Part shown: positions 26,401 through 37,868 of the stretch, one piece after another
Numbering within the stretch: the first letter of the stretch is position 1
How the letters are laid out: each line of letters starts with the position of its first letter
Assembly: GCF_026571515.1 (NCBI RefSeq)
Contig: NW_026852967.1
Coordinates: 1 to 64,000 of the forward strand
Length of the DNA stretch: 64,000 bases
Source of the DNA: Ruditapes philippinarum
Taxonomy: Eukaryota
Direction: 5' to 3'
Notes under the pieces: model-generated
What the model was told of the DNA's origin: nothing
Database searches by the model: none
The model's input: the letters and a program-made list of their open reading frames with translations, nothing else
Program-made: the position numbers and the translations under genes

Positions 26401-27083
26401 GTGTCTGTTCAATTACAGTCTACAACACCAGGCGGCTGTGTTGCTATAGTAGGATATGGGGCAGAAGAAGTAACTTTACCTTTAGCAGTACTGTGTCAAA
26501 GACAAATTGACCTCCGACCTTCATGGAGATACGATCAACATTGGTAAATTTTACTTGATGAAATTAATTTCTTAAACATTTGAATTGGATCACCAATGAA
26601 TGACCTATCTTTTATATCAAGATAAGAAATGGCTCCAAACGATGTTAACCCTAATGGTTGGTCCATGTCGCAAACATTCAAATGGGTTGCACCGTCATAA
26701 TGCATTGTTTGAATATTATAATTAAATGGCTAATTTTCTGATGCAAATTATATATGTATTAATCAGTACATTTATTTGTTATTATTTGGAATAAGAATGA
26801 GTACCTTCAAGAAAAGCAATACGTAAAATAAATCTGCATAATTTTGACACTTTACATCTTATATGAAACAATATATTCAGTAGCTTTTATGTTTTAGGTT
26901 CAACTATACATAATTCTGTGTTTCAGTTATCCAATAGCAATAGATATGGTAGCATCTGGTAAAGTCAACATTAAACCATTGGTGACACATAGATTTACTT
27001 TAGAGCAAACTACAGATGCTATTCAAGTGGCAGCCAGTCGTAGACCAGGGGTCCTTAAATGTATGATAACTTGTAACGAGTGA
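17412..27083 (+). CDS. SORD: Sorbitol dehydrogenase-like zinc-dependent medium-chain dehydrogenase (351 aa), 9 exons
   Basis: Exons 17412-17459, 18567-18600, 20993-21157, 21629-21794, 22635-22753, 23763-23828, 25850-26025, 26419-26543, 26927-27083 (1056 nt, GT-AG). Motifs GLCGSD, LGHEAS, VGDRVALEPG, CNKCKNC…NMC, GALMEPLAV, GSGTIG, ITD (acidic, NAD-type), WRY and KPLVTHRF. The symbol means SORD-like; orthology is not proven. Confidence 0.92.
18128..18420 (+). repeat. Degenerate AT-rich minisatellite in SORD intron 1
   Basis: Recurrent ttcacaat(g/t)aa…acaagtatg(t/c)ttt…acaataaatgc units. Confidence 0.6.
24190..24972. mobile_element. Non-autonomous element ending in a palindrome of about 173 bp (Crypton-like architecture, tentative) in SORD intron 6
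   Basis: 24798-24970 folds on itself (GGAAATAGATATCAATTCT…AGAATTGATATCTATTTCC, centre aggcc-tatc-ggcct). CGTGCATTATTCTACAACAATGCACTC is repeated at about 24209 and 24925. The internal part 24269-24620 recurs at 33003-33350. Confidence 0.6.
25284..25500 (+). mobile_element. Family-1 tRNA-derived SINE in SORD intron 6
   Basis: aaggtcgtt..cttcaaaccacttgcccctcac..ctgtgggtt…gtaaagctgg…gccatatgaccta. Confidence 0.78.
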
Positions 27084-28300
27084 TACCTGAAGAACAGATA
27101 CAGTAATACAAAGACCGCTACAGTCGAATTTTTAGTTACATATTATTACTATATCTTCAAGAAAAGATATTGATATGCAAAACACAATAGTATGAATTCA
27201 TTATTGCATATATTACAAACGATAACGTATTATGTACATCTTGTATTAAAAAATAAAAGCAAAAATGTTAATGAGATTGTATTTTTGTGCTTGTGATGCT
27301 AATATTATGTATAGCAGATAGTTTTGTCAATTCAATATTATATAACGTAATATATATTTGAGGTTTTTTTGCAATTAGTATGTTATTAAATGATAAAATT
27401 ATCTATTTGTTCGGTTTTATATCAAAATATGCTTGAAAATTAGATACTTGTACAGATTTGCTTAAGAATTATGATTTAGAATAATTTATGGTGTTCAAAC
27501 TATTTTTCCAATGACATATGTTAAGAAACTATTGTTTCGGACTTAATCTACATTAGTGCAATACTGCATAAGAAAACACAACATTGCAATAAATTCATTT
27601 TCTTCTCCTAAATATGAAATGAGAAAAATCTAATATATAACATGTAGTAAGTTTTGGCAGGGAAAATGGCGGCCTATAATTTGTCGATATTTCCACCCAT
27701 ATGCATTTGATTCGATTTCTTGTTGGTACTCGGCCATTCCATATATGTCACCTAGTAATAGTTAGTCGAAGATCGGAGTAAACACTTGATATGCATGTAG
27801 GTTGTATAACTTTATTTCTTACTAGGTTGTAAGTATTTACTTCTTTCTCGAGTTTAATCAATATGTTTCCATACTTTATTGACATGGTTGAAAATAAATG
27901 TAATTTCTCAGAGATTTATTTTAAAAAAATGTTTATTGTCATTACAGTGTTTTATTTTTTTTTATCTTCATATACATCGAATCTATGACAAATACACGAA
28001 TTTGTGAGTGATGCATGTTTTTATCAAGTTTTCGAAATAAAAAATTCTTATTTTAATACATCAAATATTACCACTGACGACGAAAGAATCTGAATTCTTA
28101 CATTTCGAATTGGTAATACTTTTATGATAAAATCCTGGCCAGTAAACGAGAAAGCAATGAAAATATAAAGCTGAGCAAGCTAATTTAAACAAAAATATGA
28201 AATTTCTTTTTGTTCAATAGTTATGTTTGTCAAATGCGTTGTTTTAAATTAGTTATCTCCTGGCAATTTTTACATTAAATATATCAGTGTTTCATTCAAA

Positions 28301-29880
28301 TTATTGATACTGTTTGACCTCAAAAGTCAATGAAGGGATTTGTCCTCTTGTTGCAGAGGTGCCATTTTTACTATTATCATTTTGTAAGAAAAGAACTTCA
28401 AGTGGTCCAGATACGACTTTTTCTTGACCATTTTCTCCACAGAATGTATCAACTCCTGTTAGTAAGGTACATATAGTGTACTCTGTTCCTGGTCTAATAT
28501 CCACTGGTTTATCAAACAATACTTTTTCAGAAAACTTAGACTTTTCGTACATATAATCTTTAAATTGTCCTTAGATGTCATTTCAGATGTGCTATTTTGC
28601 AAACTAACTTTTCCTTGTAAACTTCCTGTTGAATTAGGAGCAAATAAACTTAAACCTAAAAGCTTACACGGAATCGAAACTTGAAAATTCAAAACGTCAG
28701 GCTTTCCACTATATCACAAACGCTTACAACGATTCGGTACAAATCTTTGTAGATCAACAATTTCTACTTTAGCCAGTCGTTTACGTGATTTTGTCTGGAA
28801 GGGGAGACATATATTACTATTTACTATTCCTGCTATAGTTTGAAATACGTACACTTTTTCTTCTGGCGTCAATATATTTTCAATGGCCACATTCTCAGCA
28901 AATGTTTTGAAAGACATTGTAGCAAACCTCACTAGATATATGAGTTCCCCTAACTCACGCCTCAGCTCTTCCCATGAATGTTCCTGTTGATCAGTTTTAC
29001 TATTACGCTGTGCAATTGCCCAGCTCTTGCATGCATCATACACATTTAATTCGTTAGCACAAAGTTCATCTGATTCAATAATTTTCTTTAAAACTTCTTT
29101 GGAAATAGTCGAAAAACCGTCTGATTTTAAGGCCGTTTCAGCGTTCTGCATCACAAACTTTAAACATCGGTTTTCCAAATCATCTTCGTGAAATTCAATA
29201 GCATGTTGCAATATTGTAAAGACATTTTCGCAAGACATATTTGTGTTGAGGAACTTTCGACAGGCTCCTTTAAGACGCTCCAGTTCATACTTCTTTGAAC
29301 AGTATAGTAGAGCCATAACATTATTCTCGTCAACGCAGCATTCTTCCGTATAAATGAACCTTTATAATAAAAGATTGATAAAGTGAATAAGTAGCATAGA
29401 AATTTCGTTAGATTGGCATAATATTGCAATATTTGTATGAATCTGTGGCTTATCTAACAGTCAACAAATGATATTTATTGCAATTTCATTATATTACAAT
29501 GCAGAATTGTAAGCCATTGGTATGTTAGATGCAGATGTCTCTACTTCAAGCAGGATTTTTTTTCTGTCAAAACTGTTTACAAGCTGCTGTAATAATTTTA
29601 TAAAAGTAAAGCAATTAAAATACCTTAACAAATCGAGGAATATAGCAGGTTCAATATCAGGAACAGGTATGTGATTGGTCTCTGGAAGTGATCCACAAAA
29701 CATTGTAAAGAAGACTGGACTTCTACTTGCTAAAATAAATCGGTGTGCCATTATTTTTTCTTCCTTTTCGCTCCCCACTAGAAAAGTGATGTCGCAAAGT
29801 CTTTCATCCTGCAACATTTGCCAATTGGTTTCTTCAAATGATCTCATAGATTGCCACGAAGTTCCTTTTGAGCACGTCAT
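28301..29880 (-). pseudogene. BTB-BACK-PHR gene copy A with an in-frame TGA and a frameshift in the PHR domain (could still encode a 300-aa BTB-BACK protein)
   Basis: Exons 29880-29624 and 29359-28301. BTB motifs CDITFLVG and AHRFILASRSPVFFTMF, plus a BACK domain. TGA at 28716-28714. An extra AT near 28553 shifts the frame. The PHR C-terminal motif NGTSATRGQIPSLTF is still recognisable. Confidence 0.85.
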
Positions 29881-31515
29881 GCTTGACTTATTCTACAAAA
29901 AGATAAGCAATATCTACAAAATTGAAAACTAAAAAATGCGGGCAAAAAGTGGTAAAGAAACATGCAGAGACTATAGACATCATGACAATTCAAAACAATA
30001 GTGAGGCAAAGAAGCATGTCGGGATTCCCCTGTATGCATTGAACTTTTCAGTTTTGGTACAGTACTCTGAACCCACAAGCATTTTTGAATTGATAGATAT
30101 CAATAGATAAAAGATGAGACACTTAAGTATTGAGATCAGTGGATAAGACATCTTTAGAAATGACTTATCTGTACAAAAAGTTTAACTATGTACAATGTAG
30201 TAAATAATACAATCATAAAATTAAAGATCTGTATTTTTGTAATACACTAAAATTATATAATTTCTGAAGTGACAAAGAGCTCTTAGCAGTCAAATGAGGT
30301 TTATAAGGTTGGTTTCTCCTGATTTTATGTGCATTTTTGTTTATATTGATTTGATGGGCTTCTATATACATTGTTTTCTTTCAAGTTCGATTGCCATACT
30401 CTGTAAGTTCGGAAAGATTGTACAATTGGTGAGCGTTAGTTGAAATTTAAAACAAGTGCCTTATTCTGACCGATAAATACCATTAATATAAAGAGTTCAA
30501 CTGAAGTTGATAACACAAATCATGGAAAGGAAATATAACACATGTTTGTATTTGAATTGTACCAGTGATCTTGCAAACACCAGGGAGCTCACTTCAATTG
30601 TGTAAAAATAGTCATTTCCTCGTTCCACTAATATGTTTTATACATTTATGTGTAATCTGTATATCAAATACTTACACATGACAAAGTGTCCAAGAGAGAA
30701 CAAAAGTTGTCGCCGCGAGGTCGACTTATCAAATATTGAATGCAATTACGAAAGACAAATTATGGGGAAAATATAATATAATTATATCTGCATCAATATC
30801 AAGAAATAACAAATGTTATATTCTTTTAACCACATAAAAAACACCCAAAAACTGTCTGGCAACCCTCTGAAATCTAAATCCCTTCGGTAGCAAAGATGAA
30901 AAGAGTAAAAACTCTTTCAAACAAAATTCTTAGTTCAAAAAGGTGAAAACTCTTGAAATTAAGACGCTAAGCTATGAACCTTGTCATATTTGTGATGTGA
31001 GGGGTGTCAAGAAACAAGTATCTGAAGTCTTAATAAACATTATCAGTAACAAAGAAGATAAAAGTAGGTTATGTAGGGCTTAAGTTCTCAATATTTTTGT
31101 TAATAATTACACCTGACTCAATGTCAAAGTAGTGATCAAATTATTTTGCAATGTCATTACCCCCTTTAATCCTCGGCAGCTGCGCGGAGGCTGAAGCCCT
31201 TTCTGTGTTCTGTAGTCTATATTTAATGAGGGTCCTCTACCATTTTGTAAATGCACAAAAAGAACTATTTTTTCACTATCGAGTACTGACCTCGGACATA
31301 CCAACAGCATACCTTTAAAATTTTAATTTTGAAGCACAAAATGTTGTCCGAGCATTTTCCAAAACCTATTACATGTATTAGTTACAGAATGATTTCTGAG
31401 TCGATAGAAGGTAACTGTGACGTAGCCCTGCCTGATAAGGGCAGCTTTTGCCAAGCATAAGACCCGTCTTTCAAGTCATCACTAAGAACTTTGCACTCTG
31501 GCATCCTGTTACAAT

Positions 31516-31945
31516 TGTAACGTTTTGAAGGCACACAAACCCTGTTTGTGAAAAAGCTAGCTCACCACCGAGAGTGGTTTGTGTCCTTATATATGGGAAA
31601 TATCCCCTTATGTTAATTTAACAACTTTAGTTTTTGCATATTATCATGCTCATTATGACGTTCTCCCAACGTCGTTAAATTACTTTCCCCTCCGAGAAGT
31701 CTCGTCCCGAGACTTGGCCTGGGAAATCTTTGGGTACGGCAACTCCAGTCCGGCAGTTGTCTACACCCCCCACACTGGCCACCAAATGTAACGTTTTGAA
31801 GGCAAACAAACCCTGTCGGTGAAAAGCTAGCGCACCACCGAGAGTGGTTTAATTGTTTCCTTATATACGAGAAATATCCCCTTATGTTAATTTAAGTTTT
31901 TGCATATTATCATGCCTATTATGACGTTCTCCCAACGTCGTTACA
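31516..31945 (-). mobile_element. Complete miniature LTR retrotransposon (terminal-repeat retrotransposon in miniature), 430 bp
   Basis: Direct repeats 31516-31679 and 31787-31945 with TGTAACG…CGTTACA termini. 4-bp TSD CAAT at 31512-31515 and 31946-31949. On the minus strand, PBS TGGTGGCCAGTGTGGGG (31784-31768) lies 2 nt after the 5' LTR and PPT GGAGGGGAAA (31693-31684) lies before the 3' LTR. Confidence 0.88.
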
Positions 31946-32699
31946 CAATATACATAAGTATTTAGTTACGTTTATCACGCCCGGCAAACTGTCGCTCCAC
32001 TTCAAAATTGTGGTGTACGGTAAAACGAGCGAACGGCATTTCCGAGATAGAGCGGAAGGCCGATTTAAACGCCTAATTGTAAGTATTTTTTATGTTTTTG
32101 TCTGTTATTCATTTAAGTTGTATTTTTTTCGAAAAAGGAAAATGGGTTCCGTGTAGGATTGATTTAGGCTTCCAATTATCTAAGCTGTTACAAAAAAAAT
32201 TGTATTAAGCCCGGGAGAACTTTTCTCCCTGACGAAGCGAACGATGATTTGTAGAATATTGAATTTCCCACCATAGAATGCCATACCTTTCGGATTTCTT
32301 GAAAAAGTGTATTAGTAAATTATCAAACCCGTAATAAAACTTGTCCTTCGTGCAAAATAGATTACTCCTGAAGGATTTCTTAAATTTGTAAACCGATATT
32401 TTTCGAAAGTAGTGGAGCGAAAGGGCAAGAGATGGAGCAAAAGGTTCGATGTTGAGCGCAAGGCGATATTAATTTGACGTATTAGGAGGAGCGTAGTCTA
32501 TGATTTTTTACATATAAAAGCTATAGAAGTTAAAATAGACGTAATCAAGTGTTCAGACCGATATACATGTATATACCTTTTGAAGACAACTGATAAAGTG
32601 TGATATCATTTCAACGACTCTAGCGTAATAAATGTAATCGCGAAGGTGTCACCTAGAATAGAATTTATTCAAATTTTGCACGATCTTAGATTAATTATA

Positions 32700-33890
32700 A
32701 TTGTTGTTATTATTATTAGCGAGCTCGACGAGCTGGCCCGAAGGGCCTGCTCGCAAAGCTAGCTTTACGGTAACGCGAGTACCTGCTAAGTGATGGTTTT
32801 GAAAACTTTCGTTCGAAGTACCGAATTTGACACATCGCAACCTTTCGAATTTAAAGATAACGATAAAAACTGAGGAATTCTGACTGAAAACGGATGTGTA
32901 AACTGGTAACCCGCGCACGTCTAAGGGAACCATAATTGGACAGGAAAACCAAATAACGGAAGCTGTCGATAAAATAACGAACGGAAAAATTTAAAATGAA
33001 AATTGAAGGCGCCATTTTGTTTGAAAAATCTGATAAATTAAAACAATTTTTTTGTCGAATTTTGTTGTGAAAACTATCTAGAATGAAAAAAAATGGTCTA
33101 ACTAAGAAATGAATCCGAACACCAATATATTTTATTCAGTCGTTAACTCTGTACAGACGTTTTAAAGTATTGTTTACGTGACGTCACAATGTAGCGCCAA
33201 ACAGCACGTGCAAAACAAACAAATCAAGTGCGCTATTTTAATGTCGCAAACGTTTTAAGTTTTACATTTATTTCACTTTTAATAATCTTTATTTCGCTTG
33301 AAAAATTATAGAGTGAAATAAAATAAACAAAGTTTTATCAACGTTTTCAAAACTCATTCATTTAACGACAGGGGCGGATCCATATTTAACACAGTACGTG
33401 TAACGTCACACGCACTCGTCAATGCATTTGAAATAAAATGCGCGATTATTTAATACTATTTCACGTTAAAAGTACATCGAGCTCGCTTTGAGGCTTTGCC
33501 TTTTTCATATTAGCGAACTCGAAGAGCTGACCCGAAGGGCCTGTTCGCAAAGCGAGCTTTACGGTAACACGAGTACCTGCTAGATAGTGATGGTTTTGAA
33601 AACTTTCGTCCGAGGTACGAAATTGACACATCGCAACTTTTTGAATAACAAGATAACGATAAAAGCCAAGGTATTCTGATTGAAAACGGAAGCTTAGACT
33701 GGTGCCCTTCGCACTTATATAGGAATCATAATAGGACAGGGAACCAGAAAAAACGACAGTAGTGTATGAACTACAGAATAAAAATTTTAAAGCGGAAAAT
33801 GTAAAATAAAAATGAACGATTATTTTATACTATTTCACGGTAAAAGTAAATCGAGCTCGCTTTGAGGCTTTGCCTTTTACATATTATTAG
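32700..33890. repeat. Composite repeat block with internal direct duplications
   Basis: 32716-32990 resembles 33510-33800; 33447-33510 resembles 33818-33885; 33003-33350 is a copy of 24269-24620. Confidence 0.7.
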
Positions 33891-35253
33891 AGCAACTTTG
33901 GGTAATGTCAACATTGGTGTAAATTCGACACCTTCTTCCTATTATATAATAACAATAAAGCACTATTTTCTACTTGATTTAAATCAATTTTACTATGTCA
34001 GAACTATATGTCACGTCATCACTTGCTCTTGGTCTTTTAGGCACTCTTCGTTTTCTAGAAATTTCCGGTCTATAGATGTCATTGCTCGTAATCTTATCCG
34101 AAAAAACGGCATTTACATAATCTTATAAGAAGGGTCGATAACTCAGGCACATAACTTTATCACCATTTCGTATTTTTGTATTGGTTTCGATAAAATTAAA
34201 CCTAAATATGAATGTTATGAACATTTAACCTTGAGTTTATTCTCAATTATAAGGCGCACAGGGGTGTCGAAATTGAACGATACTTATCTTCTCTGTCGGC
34301 CAATTTCGACACAAAGTCATAGAAATATTAAAACTTTATATTAACAATAGTTACTAGCTCTACATGCATTAATAAATAATTCAAATACATGTATGTTTAT
34401 TTAAAAAAACAAAAACAAAACACACACACACACATTATGTTATATTAATTTAAAGTTGCCAAACTGCAGAATGCTATTCATAATTTCCAACGCTGTATTG
34501 ACATTACAAAATTGACTTCATCAATTTGGACTAATAATAGTTTATAATTAACATACATATAAAATAGATAAGATGGGGAAATAAAAGACAATTGGAAAAC
34601 TTCCGAGAAATAAAAACAACGGCTTACCTCAATGGTAGTCAGAGCGCTTCTCGTCTTTTATGACGTCAAACCTTCACGTCCAAGTGTTCGTTCAAGTTTG
34701 ACGTCATAAAGTGACGTCATAAACGTGTCCATAAACAGAACCGTTGTTACGTAATAGTTATACATTTTGTAGTTATAATATATGAAACGAGTTAGTTACG
34801 AGGGTATAACACTGGCTCGGGCGACATCTCGGGATGTTTCTGCTAAAAAAATGTCGAGGCCGTTATCATTATTATTATTATTGTTATTGTTATTGTTACT
34901 ATTATTATTTGCTCCTGGGAATGTTCGTTACCGCTGCCCCAATGGAGCCTCAGTGAAAAATCTACACAGATATATACAATGTTCGAAAAAAAACTAAACC
35001 GATATATAGCAGTTGAGTTTTTTTTTCCTATGTGAATCAATGAAAAAACTGTACTGCTATATATCAATACAGTTTTCAAAAGCTCATTGAAAGTGTAGAT
35101 CTATAATGTATAATGGGTTAGTAAGAACAAAGGAAAAGTTCCAACCCATGCGATAATAGCAATTAACACACAAAACGGGATAAATTTACGTTGGCGAAAG
35201 TGCCAAATACTTACGTGTTTAGCAGCGTAATCAAATTGCCTAACTTGAAACAG

Positions 35254-35404
35254 GAAAAGTGATCGTATAGTGTTTGAGGAGTGATCGTATAGTGTTTCAA
35301 AAGTGATTGAATAGTGTTTCAAAAGTGATTGTATAGTGTTTCAAAAGTGATTGTATAGTGTTTCAAAAGTGATTGTATAGTGTTTCAAAAGTGCTTGTAT
35401 AGTA
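35254..35404 (+). repeat. 22-bp minisatellite, about 7 copies
   Basis: Unit aaaagtgattgtatagtgtttc. Confidence 0.9.
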
Positions 35405-35865
35405 TTAGTAGTACCATAATGGAAATAAATATATCAAAAATAAATAGAAGTATAGTACATGTAGTACTTATATAAAGTAAATTGGTATCTATTACATATA
35501 AATTCTTATCAAGTGGTCGATCAGTTTTAAGATTTTTTTTGTTTTTACGATTTTACGTCGCATCAACATAAGTAGTAAAAGAGGTCATTCATGACGACTT
35601 ACTTGTAAGCTTTACTCGTGGAGGAAGAATCGGTGCCTCCCCCGTGCATTTATTTCAAGCACGAGGCAGCCACCGACGTTCGTAAGATGACTTGATAGCT
35701 TCCTCGCAATTTCAATATATTAAAAAAAGGGCATATTATTATACATATTGTTTATATTACAAAACTTGGTAGAGTGAAGTATAAGCTTAAGGTATATGTC
35801 TGCAAAATATTAAAAAACCTGGAAGTCATAAGCACTGAGAAGCACTGTCAACGCATTGTAGGTAG

Positions 35866-36110
35866 TGGTGGCGCGGCCGGAGTGGTTACACGCGTTGGAC
35901 TAGTAATCTAAATAAGTAATCTAAGGATTGCCTGACCGGGTGGGTTTCAAACCCCCGTTGGGGGCAAGCCGTTTATTTCAGTCAGCAAAGAAAGTTTACA
36001 CCTATTGGCTAGTTACTGACTGGTTCTAGGAATGGATTCGATTGTTTCAATAAAAGCTTATAGCTTCCAACACAATACCACCGAAGTTTAATAAATTGGT
36101 ATAAACTAAA
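35866..36110 (+). mobile_element. tRNA-derived SINE (family 2-like), degenerate
   Basis: A-box-like GGCCGGAGTGGTTA, B-box-like GGGTTTCAAACCCC, and a CTGGTTC(T/C)AGGAA body motif shared with the copy at 47804. Confidence 0.55.
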
Positions 36111-36597
36111 AACATTGTAAGCCTAAATTTTAACGGCAGACACCGCGCTGTCTTGTCCTGTAGTTTTATTATTTTTATATTATTCATATATTAAAATTTA
36201 AATGGCATTCCTTTTTAGTATATTTTTAGTACATTTTATTATTATTGTTTAGTATAAATCTTAACTAAGTATCAGCTTATTACACTTCTATATCTCAACT
36301 ACAGGTGTTGTCTCAAAAATACACCTTTGAAGATAAGAAAATACACCTATATTTCTTGGTCAAGCAGATAAAAAGCATACACTCTTCTCCCCTTATAATA
36401 AATAAAACGAACATGTATTTGTAAATAGTTTAACACTTTATTTTATGCGGGACAAGAACACCGAAACAATCAGTATATAAAAAATCGTTAATGAATTATG
36501 ATGTTATACTCTTTCTAATTCCAATGAACCAGTTATGATTGGAAAGTATGATCAGTCATTTATAAATCTTGTTCAGAAAAAGTATGTTACTAATGAA

Positions 36598-37868
36598 AGA
36601 ATAGCCCCAACCATTACCATATTGATCTGCTCTAAATCGTTTCAGTTCAACAACTTCAGTTTTAAATTGTCTTCTTGGTATTGATGGAAACGGAAAAGAT
36701 GTTTTCTTGCTAGCTATTCCTGCTATAGTTTGAAATACGAACACCTTTTCTTCTGCCGTCAATATATCTTCAATGGCCACATTTTCAGCAAATGTTTGTA
36801 ACGACATTGTAGCAAACCTGACTGAATATATGAGGTCCCCTAACTCACGCCTTTGTTCTAGCTCTGAGCCCTCATGTTTATCACTTTTACCATTACACTG
36901 TGCAATTGCCCATTTCTTGCATGCATTGTATACACACAATTCATCTGCATTAAGGTTATCTAATTCAATAATTTTCTTAAAGACTTCTTTGGAAATAGTT
37001 GACAAACCATCTGATTTTAACACATTTTCAGTGTTCACCATCACAAACTTCAGACATCGGTTTTCTAATTCATCTTCGTCGAATTAATTCGCATGTTGTA
37101 AAATTGTGCAAACGTTGTCTGAAGAAATATTTGTTTTCAGGAACTTTTGACATGCTTCTTTGAGACGCTCCAATCCTTACTTCTTTGAACATTATATTAG
37201 AGCCATTACATTATTCTCGTTAACGCTGCAGCCTTCCGTGTAAATAAACCTTCAAAGGGTCATTATAATTTATAAATTCAACAACATTGTAGTATTTTGA
37301 TATCGATAAAATATTGTTATATTTATATGCGCTCTTGACTTCTCTGATAATCAACATGGAATATTCGCTATGCATTTTTATAAACATACCATGCAAAATC
37401 TTAGTGAATATTATTTTGTATGCAGTCTAAGCCTAAATCTTCAATCAAAAGTGACATTTTTGTATGTCAAACATGTTTGAAACGGAACGTTAATACTATT
37501 TTTCACACAAATATATTCAAACATTTCCTAGTATATTCAACCAAAAGTTCGCAAAGTTAATTCTTATGACGACTGTAAAAGTACTTCTATAAAAATATTC
37601 CTAAATACCTTAACAAATCGCGGAATATAGCAGGTTCAATATCAGGAACATCAACTGTTTTATTGGTCTCTGGAAGTGATCCACAAAACATTGTAAAAAA
37701 GACTTGGCTCCTACTTGCTAATATAAATCGCTGCGCCAATATGTTTTCTTCCTTCCCGCTTCCTACAGAAAAAGTGACGTCACAAAGTCTTTCATCTTGC
37801 AACATTTGCCAGTTAGTCTCCTCAAACAATCTGTTGGATTGCCATGCAGGTTCTTTTGAGCTTTCCAT
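36598..37868 (-). pseudogene. BTB-BACK-PHR gene copy B: pseudogene, 3'-truncated
   Basis: Exons 37868-37609 and 37249 to about 36600. In-frame TAA at 37194-37192, 37179-37177 and 37086-37084. Homology ends at GNGWGYS, the start of the PHR domain. Confidence 0.9.

Noticed and set aside
28714-28716. In-frame TGA in BTB copy A aligns with a Cys codon of copy C, suggesting selenocysteine or readthrough
   Set aside because: A frameshift follows about 160 nt later, the position is Ile in copy D (not a conserved Cys), and I see no SECIS-like element. A simple nonsense mutation is more likely.
31416-31513. TGTGAC…GTTACA segment resembling a solo LTR next to the miniature LTR element
   Set aside because: No TSD and no second copy, and its end overlaps the neighbouring element's TSD.
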